A stretch of 63,990 nt of DNA, counting the filler, from Fonticula-like sp. SCN 57-25 (taxonomy: Eukaryota), in assembly GCA_001724245.1 (NCBI GenBank). It is 3 parts of 3 records of this genome, joined end to end, with 100 filler letters (N's around TTAATTAATTAA, not from the genome) between each part and the next. Parts side by side here need not be neighbours in the genome. Positions count along the whole stretch, not along the records: positions 1 to 26,654 come from MEDX01000056.1; positions 26,755 to 54,103 come from MEDX01000057.1; 1 more part is not named here. One strand, written 5' to 3'. This document shows positions 25,081 through 39,246 of the stretch, one piece after another (the first letter of the stretch is position 1; each line of letters begins with the position of its first letter). The notes below the pieces were generated by a model. The model did no database searches. It was not told the origin of the DNA and saw nothing but the letters and a program-made list of their open reading frames with translations. The translations under genes were made by a program, and so were the position numbers.

Positions 25081-26654
25081 ATGGCGCGGTGGAGGGCCGC
25101 GCTGGCCGTGCTGGCAGCGGTTCTACTATGCGGTGCGAATTGCGCAAGCCTTTGCCCTTCCTCCAACTGACAGTCGTACTTGACTCTTTTGGCGTCGCAG
25201 TAAGCAGCGTGAACGACAGCAGGGCGTACGAGTTCGCAGGGGACTATACGTCCATTCACGTGAAGGGAGATAACTTTGGACCCCACAGTACGTCGGCGGT
25301 CGATTAATAGAGATGGCCAAGTTGACGAGTTTATAGAGAACACATACTACTTCAACATGGGATCCGGATCCTCGGCGTCTCTCTACCACTACCTCCAATT
25401 CAACTTTGCGACGATTGCGGTACGCTCTTTGGAGAATCATCCCGTGTTTGCCGTGGCGATGATGATTTCAGCGACCTAATAAATCTTGTGCCCCTTTCTT
25501 TCATGATCGCAGCCAACACCGTCGCGTTTTTGCGCCTATGGTACTCCGACCTTCAACATAATGCCCGTAGCAGCAACTACTTTGGATCAAACCTTTAAAG
25601 AACTCCGCGTCGATGCGCCGACGGCAACATGGTGCGCGCTCCCAGACTATTACCAACGAGCGGACAGCTGATCAAGTTGCGTCGCCGTATTAGGACTCAC
25701 AAGAGTATTACATACAACAACCAGCCCTCGATTACTGCACGCCTGGGTGCATTGGCCACCGCGACCAAGTACATCAAGAATGGGAGGTATGCGCCTGAAA
25801 GCGTTGTTGCTCTTCGTTGCTAAACGAATTGTTTTTTTTCCCTGATAGCTTTGGCGGTGTCCAGATCACTAGAGCCACTCTGAACGCAGCCGTCCGACTT
25901 TCCAACAGCAAGGTGCGAGGTGACCATGCGGCCGTTATGTTTGCTAATGATCCTGTTATAGACTGGCTTCCGCCACACATACATTGACAATTACCTGCTT
26001 TCCTATTATAGCTATTTTTCAGGAACGTCGTATCGTAATTTCATTGCGTTTGATTACCTCACGTGCGACCCGAACGCGACCTGCAACCAAAGCGCCGGCA
26101 CGTGTACCTGCAACTCTGGGTACACCGGCTCGGGCACCTCCTGCCGCCGTACGCTCTGATCAATATTGATCAGCTGATGGCGTTTCATTGACGTTTGCAT
26201 AGTTTTCAACAAATGCGCTGCCACGACGATCAGCAACGCGGCATTCCCGCTTACCAACCACGCAGCTACTGGCAGCGGCACATGCGTCACGACCTTTACT
26301 GGCGCGCCAAAGTCGCTGTGTACCGACGGAACCTTTGGCGCATTGACAGGAACGCAGTGCACCAGTACGACCATTGGATACGAGTGATCCCCGTAATGCT
26401 GACGTCACCATTTCAGAAATTACATGTGCGGCTTTGTCTTCGGGGCCGGGCAGCGCTTCGTACCCCTTGTCCAACGCCGGGACCACCGCCACCGGAACCT
26501 GCGTGTCTGGCTGGTATGGTACACCCAAGTTGGCTTGCGGCAATACCGGAGTCTGGGCGACGACTGCATCGCCGGGATGTACCCGTACGCCAATTTCTCT
26601 TTCTCGATCTGTGCTCACAAGATCCCGCACGCGATCCCCACAGAACATGTCTGT
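25081..26654 (+). CDS. 5' part of a secreted/receptor protein paralogous to 42199-48365 (signal peptide, N-domain, EGF, first 4-Cys repeats), truncated at the gap
   Basis: Signal peptide MARWRAALAVLAAVLLC, shared PTPSRFCA exon start, EGF LTCDPNATCNQSAGTCTCNSGYTGSGTSC, repeat CAALSSGPGSASYPLSNAGTTATGTCVSGWYGTPKLACGNTGVW. Confidence 0.8.
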
Positions 26655-26754
26655 NNNNNNNNNNNNNNNNNNNNNNNNNNNNNNNNNNNNNNNNNNNNTT
26701 AATTAATTAANNNNNNNNNNNNNNNNNNNNNNNNNNNNNNNNNNNNNNNNNNNN
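26655..26754. other. Artificial assembly/concatenation spacer
   Basis: Exactly 100 nt of N with a central TTAATTAATTAA (stop codons in all six frames). Confidence 0.95.
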
Positions 26755-27672
26755 CGCCGCTCGATTTGATCTTGCGCATCGTCCGGCGGTCAGCCACGCC
26801 GTTCGGTGCCGCGAAGGATCTGACAAGCGGAGCACCTTTTTATTGTTGCCTAGTGGTCGTGCAGCTGCTAGAACCTTGAACTTGGGTCAAGTTTACTGAC
26901 TGAACCTTTTGCAGTCTTTACCACATCGGGGATCTTCGTGTCCTCACCATCCTTATCCGTGCACGCGGCATCCACTCCTCGCGCAAGCTTGGAGATCTTC
27001 CGTGGACTTGTTTCACGACATCTTATGGGCTTCGGCTCGACCTCTTTCGGCTGCGCGATTAAGCTTCGCATAACTGGAGTGGCTTTCGTCATTTCAGCAT
27101 CTACTGCTCGGCAGATCTTTTCCAACTTTCGTCGCATGACCTCTTTTGTAGTGTGTGTCGATTGTGAGCTCTTTGTAAAGGTCATTGACCTTGGGATTAA
27201 TAACAATTACCAACCTAAGGCATTCCTCCTGACAGGTTGGACTGTACCAACCCTACCCTCCTGAACACCCCCCCCTATAGCAGCTGTGCAATACTAATAT
27301 TACCTATAGATTTTTACAATGAGTTTTTGCCAGTTTTTTTAACTATAGAATTTTTCCATGTATTTTCGCCACTTTTTTATCCTATAGAAGATTTTTCGAA
27401 GAAAAATCGCCCCGCAAAAAAACATAATCGAAAAATCCGGGACAGTTGGATATCCGATCCGTTAGAAAGAAAAGTTTATTGGTTGACACAGGCATAAAAC
27501 GTTTTTCAGATTTGTACACCCAAAAACGTTTTTCAAACCGAACGTAGCCTCACACTTTTACAGTCAAGACCTCTGAGGTGTATCGGAAGTTTGAGTTGTG
27601 GCTGTTGGAGGGGCGCGGTGGCCGCAAGCTCCGCGACACCACCGTTAAGCCGGTGCTGGCGCGATCAACGAC

Positions 27673-28203
27673 GTGGACACCTTCATTAAGAAGGTGTCCT
27701 CGCCGTTGTCGTTCCTGAAGCTGTTCAGCCAGGAGAAGCTCAGCTTCTGGCTGCAGCTGCTCTCGGTCGACACCACCATTGTGAGCGGGGGGATGAGGGA
27801 TCGGCTGGTGAATCCCGATGAATCCCCCATTGGGTCGCTCCGCCGGTACATTATTGTCAATGAGACGGGCATGTATGTGGAATACATGGCCAGCCTCGTC
27901 GCACCGGGTACGACTGCATATATCGTTACGCATATTGCCGGCCATCTCAACTACATCGAGAAAGAGTGGCTAAACGAGCGGCTTAACGATTCCTGGACGG
28001 CAACAGGCATCCAGCATGCCGCCATGCTGCTGTCGGTTGCTCCCGCTGACGTTCCGCGCACGAACAACATAAGCGAGGGGTTCGCGGGACTGCTAAAAAA
28101 CTACGGGCTTGCGTCCATTCTGCGCAGCGTCCTCAGACGAATTACAGTGCTGGTTGCCGACATCAGCGTGGCATCGAGGCCTGTGTGGCAACGCAAAAAG
28201 TAG
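27673..28203 (+). mobile_element. Degenerate Mutator-like (MULE) transposase fragment
   Basis: LNYIEKEWL...W...PRTNNISEGFAGLLK matches the MULE-type Y..W..W..RTNN..E catalytic-Glu region. The upstream frame is closed by a stop. Confidence 0.55.
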
Positions 28204-28421
28204 ATCTGGTAGCGCCCTGTAGATCCCAAGCAGAGCTATAATTGAGGATATTAACACGTAAGGAGTCGCAAGAGTCCTTTCGCTACACACGGCTACTGCA
28301 ATAGGCGACAGGCGCCCGATTTCGCCGACGCATGGTCGAGCAGCAAGGAAAGAAAGGACGGCGCACGTCGTCCTTTTTTGATTGGTCATTGGATCGCCCA
28401 CTTTGATTGGTCGTCGTGGCG

Positions 28422-29160
28422 ATGTCGCACGACGTCGCGCATCTGTGGGACGCGGCGCACGCATGCCTCCCCGTATCGGCCGCTGTTTCGTGTCACCTTA
28501 TGACGGACTTGTTGCTGCGGGTGCAGGCTGAAAAGATTCCACTTTCGCGGTCAGTTGCGCGACAGTTTTGCTCGTCCTGCGGCACCATTCTGAGTGCGAT
28601 GAGCGCCAACATCCGTGTCAGGCGAGGGAAGGGAGTCGCGCTCGCGTGGGACGAAGGCGCTAGGGCGGACCGCTCCATAAAGAAACTGGTATGCTGGCCG
28701 ACCCTTTATTTCTTTGAGTCTTACTTTACATAGGTAATCTCGTGCGCGGCGTGTGGCTGCGCCTTTGGTGCCGCGGGGGCATCCGCTACACATATGCGCG
28801 ATTCGAAGAAATCTTTTCGTGAGGCAAAGGCTTCGCTCATCGCCAGATCCGCAGGTATGCCGAGTGCGTCTCCAGCGATTGTTACGAAACAGATTGCGAG
28901 TGCAAGCCCTGCAAGCTCCTCCAAGGCCTTGAGTGCTAGCCCTGCGAGCTCCAAGGCGCTGGACTCGTCGATCAAATCTAGCCCTGCTTTTCCAAAGTTC
29001 GTAGTTCGATATTGCAGCTGTTAACTAGTATCTCATGCGTTGGTTTAGGAAGAAGCTCAGTCGTCAGGAACAGCTCAAGCGGCTGCTCAAGACACCTACA
29101 CCTACGAAACCAGAATCGCCAGCCTACAGCCTCTCTGATTTCCTCACAAAATTAAACTAG
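28422..29160 (+). CDS. RNase P/MRP subunit of the Rpr2/Rpp21/Snm1 family
   Basis: HLWDAAH...RQFCSSCGTIL...IRVR...VISCAACG zinc ribbon; introns 28689-28733 and ~29001-29048. Confidence 0.8.
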
Positions 29161-29577
29161 AAAACTTTTTGTTGTATTTGTATACCTTTATGTACTCTGT
29201 ACCATTGTCTGTCTTCTATAATAGAATTTTTGAACCTTTTTTTTCTGTCTAGCTTTGATGATGGGCGACAGGGCGCGACCGCCATCGCATCATCGGGTGG
29301 TAAAGTCTGCCCCAGATTCATCCCTGGAATCGATCCCTGACCTGTCAGCCGTTGCTGTCTGGCACGACGAGTCGGCGCGCGCGCCCCTCTCGCCCGGTTC
29401 TCTTTCTCCCTCTGCCTCTCTTTTTCTTTGTTTGTGTGAGCAGCTCGGTGTGCTTTTACTTGCGCGACCATGCAATCTGAGCCTTCCGGGTACCAGCCAT
29501 CTGGTAGCGTGCTAATGTCTGGTGCGTATCCGCATCGTGTTGTTTTGGATCACTAAACGCGGCTCGTGTCATTTGTA

Positions 29578-30573
29578 ATGGTTCTAGACATGGACAAGAT
29601 GGTCGTGGACGGGACAGAGACAAAGTCGTCTCTCCCCCCCGGCTTGTCTGTTCCCTCGTCGGTGACTGGCGGGAACGTCTCATCCGTCCCTTCTGCGTCG
29701 CAGAGCGGCGTTGTGTCCTCGTCGTCGACGGATCGCACGAGCCTCGCATGGTGGACGCCCGATGAGACGCATCTTTTGCTTTCCCTCCGCGGCGAGCCCG
29801 AGTTTGTCGCCAAGTTTGCCGCCATGAAGCGGAATCGGCCTGTTTGGAACGAGCTTGCGAGCCGCATGCGCCAGCGCGGCTTCAACCGCACGGCGCGCCA
29901 GTGCGCGATCCGCTTCAAGAACCTCATCGTTCAGTACAAGACTGCCCGCCAGATGCACCTTCACCACGGCGGTGCCCCTCACGCTCTTGCCAAGTCGCCT
30001 TCCAGTGGTGCGGCCGGCGGTGATGCCGACGGTTTTTCTTTTTTCCCGCAGATGGACCAGATCATCAACCCAAAGTTGCCGCTCGGCGCCAGCGGCGGCA
30101 TGGGCGGCGCTGGCGACGTCTCTGGCGGCGCGGACGCGAGTGGTGTCGGGCACGGTTCGGACGGCAACTCGTCGAGCAGTGAAGCGGGCTCGCCGACCCC
30201 CGGCGGCGGGCTCCACGAGGGCGCTGACGTGCTTCACGGCGGGCCAGCCATGACGCCCATGCGTCCCTCAAAGCGCAGACGGTTTGCCAACGACGTGGCG
30301 GCGATGTCGGCTGCCTCGTCCAGCGCCAATCTCGGCAACTTTAACAATTCCGACGCGTATGCTGAGGCGGCCATCCCGACGTCGCTCCAGACAACACTCC
30401 ACGCCTTCATAAAGTACATGGACTTTTCGCAGCGGTCAATGGACGTGCTTGTCAAGCGCATTGAGCAGAGAGACGACATCATCAATATCCTCTACAGCAG
30501 GCTCGCGGGCGGCGGGGCCGTCCTCCCATCAAGCGGATCGGCCCAGCAGGGCGACGGCTCGGGCAGCATGTAG
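29578..30573 (+). CDS. Myb/SANT-like trihelix DNA-binding transcription factor
   Basis: WTPDETHLLL...WNELASRMRQRGFNRTARQCAIRFKNLIVQYK...FSFFPQMDQII plus a C-terminal coiled coil; intronless. Confidence 0.88.
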   Translation: MVLDMDKMVVDGTETKSSLPPGLSVPSSVTGGNVSSVPSASQSGVVSSSSTDRTSLAWWTPDETHLLLSLRGEPEFVAKFAAMKRNRPVWNELASRMRQRGFNRTARQCAIRFKNLIVQYKTARQMHLHHGGAPHALAKSPSSGAAGGDADGFSFFPQMDQIINPKLPLGASGGMGGAGDVSGGADASGVGHGSDGNSSSSEAGSPTPGGGLHEGADVLHGGPAMTPMRPSKRRRFANDVAAMSAASSSANLGNFNNSDAYAEAAIPTSLQTTLHAFIKYMDFSQRSMDVLVKRIEQRDDIINILYSRLAGGGAVLPSSGSAQQGDGSGSM

Positions 30574-30957
30574 CTTGCCGTGCACTCTTCGTTTCCTTTG
30601 CGTTGTTTTGTTATTCTTTGTGTTTCCGATAAAAACTAGTTTCAATAGCAGTCAATTGAAAAGTATCAAGGTAACTATATTATTTCTCCCGCAAAGGTGT
30701 CGGTACACGCACGGTGCACCATACTCATATAACCACAAGGCTGCGCGTGGGCAGCAAACATTCGCCGCCCTAAAGAAACAGCGACAACAAAGAAACAACA
30801 GGCGCGATAGTCCTAAACGCGAATGGGTTACCAGCCCCATCCGCAGCCCCCCTCGGCTAATCATATAGGTACAACTCTGAATCGAGCGAGCAACTCGACT
30901 GCAACTTGATCGATCAAAAACAACAACAAAACAAGGAAACGGGGTAAAAGTCTAAAC

Positions 30958-32496
30958 CTAATTGATGACATTGGAGATGCGCAGCGCCTCTGTCCTGTTC
31001 TGCTGCAGCGCGGGCATGTGGAGCTGGAGGTAGAGCTGCGCGGCCCTCTCGAGGTAAAGCCGCAGCAGCTGCGGCGACACGTCCCGAAGCTCGGCCTGCG
31101 CCTCCCACCTAAACTTTTTGCGCACTTCGTTGGACGAGTCGTCCAGCACGCGGCGCAGGAACGTGTACATTTTACTCTGCATCTGCCTGCTAGTCAGATT
31201 CCTCGTGCGGGAGTCGTCGAGCGACGGCGAGTAGGTCGGGCAGTCTGTCGTGCAGCGGTGCCGGTTGACGACCGTTGCAATGTGCCGCTCAATGTCCTGC
31301 TGAATCGCGCGGTATGACTCTTGCGACCCGGGAAAGACATTTCTCGACGACTCTTTGATGACGTGCACGCACCCGCGCAGGATCGCGACATGGTCAGCGT
31401 TGTCAAACTTGAAGCGCACAATGTCCTCGAGGAGACGCTTGCCAAACACATTCTCAAACAAAAAGGACAGGTTCTGGCGCTGCAGCTGCCGGCTCTTATG
31501 CTCAATCTCGGTCCGCCGGCGGCGCTGGTCAAACTTGCCAGAGGACGCGTCGGCGCTATTCGGAGAGCCGTGCAAAAAGCCGTTACGAGCGGGCGCGTCC
31601 GGCGCCGACGAACTCGACGACGACAACGAAGAGGACGACGACCCGCGCGACTCGCTCGCCAGCGCCGGCCCGGGCGCATTATACGACACGGCGCCACCAA
31701 ACGTCATCGCACCGCTGCCGCTGCCGCTGCCACCGGCTGGGCCGCCAATTGAGTGGAGCGAAGGAGTCATGCCAACGAGGCTGGCTGGGTCAAAGTACGA
31801 TCCCGCCCCGCTCATCATCAAAAAGTCGCGAAGCTGATAGTAATTCTGCATAAGACTTGCGTTGTCGTGCACGTTCGGGACACTCGTGAAACCACGCTGC
31901 TGCTGCTGCTGCTGCTGCTGCGTCGGCAGTTGCTGCGGGAACTTGACGTCGATGGGGTGCGGCGTTGGCGACACCTGGAGCTGCTGCTGTTGCTGCGGCT
32001 GCGGCTGCTGTTGTTGTGGCTGCTGGCCCTTCTGCTGCTGCTGTTGAAGTTTTTGCTGCTGTTGAAGATGCTGCTGGAGCTGGTGTTGATGATTCGCCAT
32101 CTGCTGCTGCTGCTGCTGCTGCCGCTGCGGAGGATCGTACTGTCGACCCGCGGGGCTGTACACCGTGGGCGGCGCGCCAAATTGGGGCAAGCCGCCTAAC
32201 GACATGGAAAAACCGTGCTGCTGCTGCATCATCTGCTGCTGCTGCTGTTGCTGCTTTTGCTGCTGCTGCAGTTGCTGCTGCTGCTGCATCAAAAGAAACT
32301 CGACGGCCTGCTGCCCGCTCGGCGACGATTTGTCATCGCCATCGGGAAACCACGGACGTTCGTACACCAAGTGCCCTGGCGCTCCTGTAGTCGAAGCACT
32401 GCCGAGCAATTGGATTCCGGCACCAGCGGGCCCAGCGCCTCCGCTTGCGCTCACAGGCGGCGGCCCGCCCGACTGAATGGTCGCGGTTGACGCCAT
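30958..32496 (-). CDS. PolyQ-rich putative transcription factor with a duplicated divergent bHLH-like domain
   Basis: 512-aa ORF with long CAG tracts; RRRRTEIEHKSRQLQRQNL...DHVAILRGCVHVIKE and a related second copy. Confidence 0.7.
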   Translation of the reverse strand: MASTATIQSGGPPPVSASGGAGPAGAGIQLLGSASTTGAPGHLVYERPWFPDGDDKSSPSGQQAVEFLLMQQQQQLQQQQKQQQQQQQMMQQQHGFSMSLGGLPQFGAPPTVYSPAGRQYDPPQRQQQQQQQMANHQHQLQQHLQQQQKLQQQQQKGQQPQQQQPQPQQQQQLQVSPTPHPIDVKFPQQLPTQQQQQQQQRGFTSVPNVHDNASLMQNYYQLRDFLMMSGAGSYFDPASLVGMTPSLHSIGGPAGGSGSGSGAMTFGGAVSYNAPGPALASESRGSSSSSLSSSSSSAPDAPARNGFLHGSPNSADASSGKFDQRRRRTEIEHKSRQLQRQNLSFLFENVFGKRLLEDIVRFKFDNADHVAILRGCVHVIKESSRNVFPGSQESYRAIQQDIERHIATVVNRHRCTTDCPTYSPSLDDSRTRNLTSRQMQSKMYTFLRRVLDDSSNEVRKKFRWEAQAELRDVSPQLLRLYLERAAQLYLQLHMPALQQNRTEALRISNVIN

Positions 32497-33171
32497 CGCA
32501 AAAACCGCTCACAAACGGGCGAGGAAAACAGCAAAAGGTGTTCTCGCTCGCTTTGCTTGACACACCGCGCTCCTTAATAGGGAGGCGCGCTCGGACAGCA
32601 CCTCTGCTCGCCCGGGCGACCGAAGCTCTCTGCGCGGCCCACTGAACGGACCGGCTGCGGAGGAGCAAGAAAGACCAAAATACGACCGGTTTGATGACGA
32701 TCAGCGCAATCGTTCATGATCATGAGCAACGATTCCTGCTCCCTCATTGGTCGCCCCTTGCCTCTTCGAATAGTAACCTGATCCGATGACGCAACTATTC
32801 GAAAGAGCCCCCATTCCTGTGGCAGGTTGCGATGGCACGCAGCCCGCAACGGGCTAGGATTGTTTACGCGCCAAGGGTTTCGCCCGCGCAACAACAAAAG
32901 GGAACAGGAATGGCCCGTGAAACGCTGTAAACTATGGAAAAGGGCTCTTTCAGACCACCGCAAACAAGTTGCGCGCCGGGTAATCGGCTGCCCGGCGGCT
33001 GTTAGGCGGCCAACAATGTGCGTTCAAAAAATGTATTTCGTTTCTACAAAATGCGCTACTCTTTATGTACACCAAACGACTGGGAAAAGATGATAAAAGG
33101 GGGCAAGATATACGGCAGCAATATACCAGAGACGCGCGCGCAGAGGGATCGAAACAGCCAGCTAGGTGACT

Positions 33172-35134
33172 CTAAAACATATCATCAAGCGACTTGGAGC
33201 GGCGCTTGTAGAACGCGTCGTCCGCACCGCGGTCGTCTCCCCGGCGACCGCCAAAGCGGCCCTCGTCGCGCGAAAAGTGGCCGCCATCGAATCGGTCGCG
33301 CTGGCCATTGCCGCGGCCACCGCGGCGCCTGTCGCCGCCAAAGTTGTCGTCAAAGCGCATGTTGCCGCCACGGTCGCCACGGCGGTCGCCGCCGCGGTCG
33401 CCCCTCCTGTCGCCGCCGCGGTCACCCCGCCTGTCGCCACCACGGCGCTCGCCAAACCCACCGCGGTCGCCGCGGTCGCCTCGGCCAGACGAGCGGCGGT
33501 CAAACGAAAAGTCATCACGCGGCGCGTGCGTGTGGGTGCGCACGACGCGCTTGGTCGCGCCCGAGAGCATGACGAGCGCAGAAGCGAGCGTCTCGGGAAG
33601 GTTCGGGTCAGCCGCCATCTCATTGGCGGCGTCCATGAAGAGCGCGCGGTCCTCCGCGGGCACCTTGGCCATGCGCTCGCGGATGCGAACGAGGCTGGCA
33701 GCCATCACCTCGGCGTACGTCGGGGGCGACACAGGCTAAAAGCATATGTGTGAGCGACCAGGCGGCGAGCGACAGAGGTTCGCGTACCGAAAGCTTGACG
33801 AGGCGGTGAAGCATGTTGGCGGTCGAGCGGACCTTGTCGCCCGGCGAGTAGACGGTGACGGCGGTGCCCGAGCGGCCCGCGCGACCCGTACGGCCAGTGC
33901 GGTGCACGTAGCTCTCAGGGACCATCGCCGGGAACTCAACGTTGACGACGAGGTCGCAGTCCGGGATGTCGATGCCGCGCGACGCAACGTCGGTGGCAAC
34001 GAGGACGCGAAGCTCGCCGGCGCGGAACCGCTTCATGTAGTACTCGCGAATGTCCTGCGACAGGTCAGAGTGAAGCGGCGCGACCTTGATGCCAATCTTG
34101 GTCAGGTGCTCCGTCGTCTGCGCTACCTTGAGGCGCGTGTTGCAAAACACAATCGCGCGCGGCGCGTCCGACTTTAGGAGAACGTCGGCAACGACCGGCA
34201 CAACGTCGTCCGCGCGGTTGACTGCGATGGCCTGGTGAGCCACCTTGGACGGCATGTCCTCGCCAAGCTGGACGGTCTCGGGGTTCTTCATGAAGCGCGC
34301 GGCGAGCGTGCGCGCGGCCTGGGGGACCGTCGCGCTGAACAAGAGCATCTGGCGCTCCTTGTGCGTCGAATCGAGAATCTGCATCACATCGTCAAAAAAG
34401 CCAGCGCTCAGCATCTCGTCGGCCTCATCAAGAGCTACGGAATCGGGTCAGCGCGCGAGATTATAAACATGCAAACACGTACCGGCAATGTTGACCTGCG
34501 AAAGGTCCAGGCCGCTGTTCTGCATGTGGTCAATAAGGCGACCGGGCGTGCCGATGAGGAGATCGCAGCCGTTGCGGAGCTGCTGCTTCTGGTAATTGAT
34601 AGGGGCGCCGCCATACACGCACACCGACTTGAGGCCGAGCGCGGGGCAGAGGCGATCAGCCTGCGTCTGGATCTGCAGAGCGAGCTCACGCGTCGGCGCG
34701 AGCACAAGCGCCAAAGGAGAACCAGAGCCGTCCAGCATCGAGTACGGGCGGCCGCTGCCGCTGTTCTTGCGGAGCTCGTGGATGCGGTGAATGATCGGCA
34801 CGAGGAAAGCGAGCGTCTTGCCGCTGCCCGTCTGCGCCTTGCCGAGAATGTCGCGGCCCTCAAGCGCAAGCTTCAGCGTCTGCTCCTGGATACCAAACGT
34901 CTGGTCGTAGCTGTGCTCCTTGAGACGCTCGACGAGCGCCGCCGGAAGCGTAAAGTCGCCAAAGCGCGCACCGGAACGGCCCGAGGCACCCTCGGGAGCC
35001 TCGGATTCTTCATTGGGAACAGCCGCGGCAGCCTCCATGGAGAGGTTCCTCAGCGCCGAGCCGCTAGAAACGGACAACGACGCCACATTTCGCCGCAACG
35101 AGCTCACCGACGTGCGGCTCAACCGCAGCAACAT
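33172..35134 (-). CDS. DEAD-box RNA helicase, probably mitochondrial, with an RGG/DRRG-rich tail
   Basis: AQTGSGKT, LAPTRELA, GTPGRL, DEAD, FSAT, VATDVASRGIDIP, YVHRTGRTGRAG; presequence-like N-terminus MLLRLSRTSVSSLRR; two introns. Confidence 0.92.
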
Positions 35135-35433
35135 GGTAAGGATCGCGGTCAGAGACGAATGTCAGCGTGCGCGCTACCACGTGTTATAGAGTTATATCCT
35201 TCTCTGTGAGAATGGACCGCTGATTCGTGTATTTTTACTTGTGATCTTTCGGTAATGGTCGATTTGAACCCGACTTTGAAAAGCATGGAGAACTGCGGCG
35301 GGATATTTGAACTCCTCGGTCGTCGCCCATTGCTACTGCATTACCCTGAATTGATCACCACAACAAGCTGATATCAGTTTTTATTATAGTGGTTTACAAT
35401 AAAGCTCCTCCTCCTCGGTAGTCAAAGTTCATA

Positions 35434-37580
<2,147 letters not shown>

Positions 37581-37728
37581 GCCGGCTGCTCTTTGTTCGT
37601 GACATTAGTCTCTCGTTGAAGCAAAATATGTAAATTCTCGGCAAAGCTCGGATTTACTGCGGCAGCACGCTGCTTGTACAAATGCAAAATATAATATGAT
37701 GTGCTTTGGAAAATAGCAATAACTTTCC

Positions 37729-38541
37729 TTATTCGTTCTCCGTGCGCGCCCTCTTGGTATCTGGCCCCGCGCCGAGCTCGTCAAACGACTTTACGACGCG
37801 GTACTTTTCGGCGTCCTCGTCCGAAAGGGGCGCGTTGCCCGGCCTGTCCGCCACGGCGACCTGCATTCCCGCCTCGGTCGCCGCCGCCGCCTCCTTGACA
37901 TTGTCGGTCACAAAGAGAACGCCCTCTGCCTTTTGCTTGATCTCGTCGAGGATCTTGGTGTAGCTCGACGCGTCCGTCTTTGGCCCCGTGGTCGTGTCAA
38001 AGTGGCCGCTGAGGAGGTCGAGGAGATCGCCGCCCTCCGTGTGGCCAAAGAGAAGCTGCTGGGCGACAATGCTACCAGATGAGTAGATGTACACGGGCAC
38101 GCCAGCAGACTTCCATGCGCGCAGCGCCACCGGGACATCGTCAAACACGATAGACCGAAGCGAGCCCGAGGCATAACCGCTCTTCCAGAGAAGGCCCTGG
38201 ATGCCCTTGAGCGCAGTGCTCTTGCGGTCGCTCTTCATCAAATACATACAGTAGCCAATCACGGCATTCTGCACCGTCGTCAGCGTCGCGCTGCTCTCCT
38301 CGGGGATGAGGGCAGGCTGGCTGTCGGCAACGGCATCGGCGCCCAGCGACGACACCTCGCTCGAAGCCTCGCTGCGAAGGAGATTAACATACTCGAGAAG
38401 AGCCGGCTGCTTCCACTCGTTCGCGATATACTCTTTCAAATGCTTGCGAGCATAAGGAAACAGCACATCGTGCACAAAGCTGATGGGCGTCGTCGTCCCT
38501 TCAATGTCCAGGACGACCGCCGACACTGCCGCCGCCGCCAT
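37729..38541 (-). CDS. ENOPH1: Enolase-phosphatase E1 (methionine salvage)
   Basis: VLDIEGTTTPISFVHDVLFPYA, DRKSTALKGIQG, YIYSSGSIVAQQLLF, LFVTDNVKE, RPGNAPL. Confidence 0.95.
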   Translation of the reverse strand: MAAAAVSAVVLDIEGTTTPISFVHDVLFPYARKHLKEYIANEWKQPALLEYVNLLRSEASSEVSSLGADAVADSQPALIPEESSATLTTVQNAVIGYCMYLMKSDRKSTALKGIQGLLWKSGYASGSLRSIVFDDVPVALRAWKSAGVPVYIYSSGSIVAQQLLFGHTEGGDLLDLLSGHFDTTTGPKTDASSYTKILDEIKQKAEGVLFVTDNVKEAAAATEAGMQVAVADRPGNAPLSDEDAEKYRVVKSFDELGAGPDTKRARTENE

Positions 38542-39246
38542 GACACACCCGCCAAAAATGAAACGTCACGTGATGATGGCAGTGGTGTGACATGCTTGTA
38601 TTGCGTCAGCCCACGTGATAGGGTACAGTGCTGCCACAATGCTGCCAGACGGTGCATGTGAATGCAACGCCGACGTCGGACCGTCAACAATTGCCCCTCC
38701 CCCGTTGCCTACTCTGAGCCGGTTTCCGTTTTCAAGGGTCACTAGGTTTTGCATGTGTACAGCGCATGCGTGGTTTTCGAGAGGAAAGGTAGAGAGATGT
38801 TGGCGCGCAGCGTGAGCAGGGTTGCGAGGACGGCGGACGACCGTGCCGCGGGCGAGTCACTTCGACAGATTGCCCTCGCACTGATGGAATGCCCGTTTTT
38901 GACAGTTCACGAGCGTTCGCAATTGCGGACGCTCTGCTCCAAGCCGCCGCTGCAGGCGGCATCAGCCACGTCGGCCAAGAACATCATCGCCAGGCTCACT
39001 CGGCCGTGATGGGAAGGTCTCTGCATTTGTAAAGCTGTATCTAGTTAAACTGTTGTAGGAATATATAAATAAAGAAGAATAGCACATGTGCATTTTAGAA
39101 ACCTTTTCCGCATTTTTGGGGGGCAATTAGGCACAGCTCAGACCCGCCGAGCCATATGGTCGGCCCGCCAGCGACCTGTTGTTTTCGATGCATGTCACCA
39201 GATTGCATGCCAGTTTGCATCGACCGTTCGTGCAAGGATCCCCAGC

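Noticed and set aside
26699-26710. TTAATTAATTAA as a biological motif
   Set aside because: It sits inside identical 100-nt N spacers at both gaps, so it is an artificial linker. Adjacency across the gaps is not meaningful.
26868-27206. 112-aa minus-strand ORF near the contig start
   Set aside because: No recognisable motif and a non-ATG start; there is not enough support to call it.
31862-32490. Poly-Cys/poly-Leu/poly-Ala ORFs resembling metallothionein
   Set aside because: They are antisense or alternate frames of CAG polyglutamine tracts.
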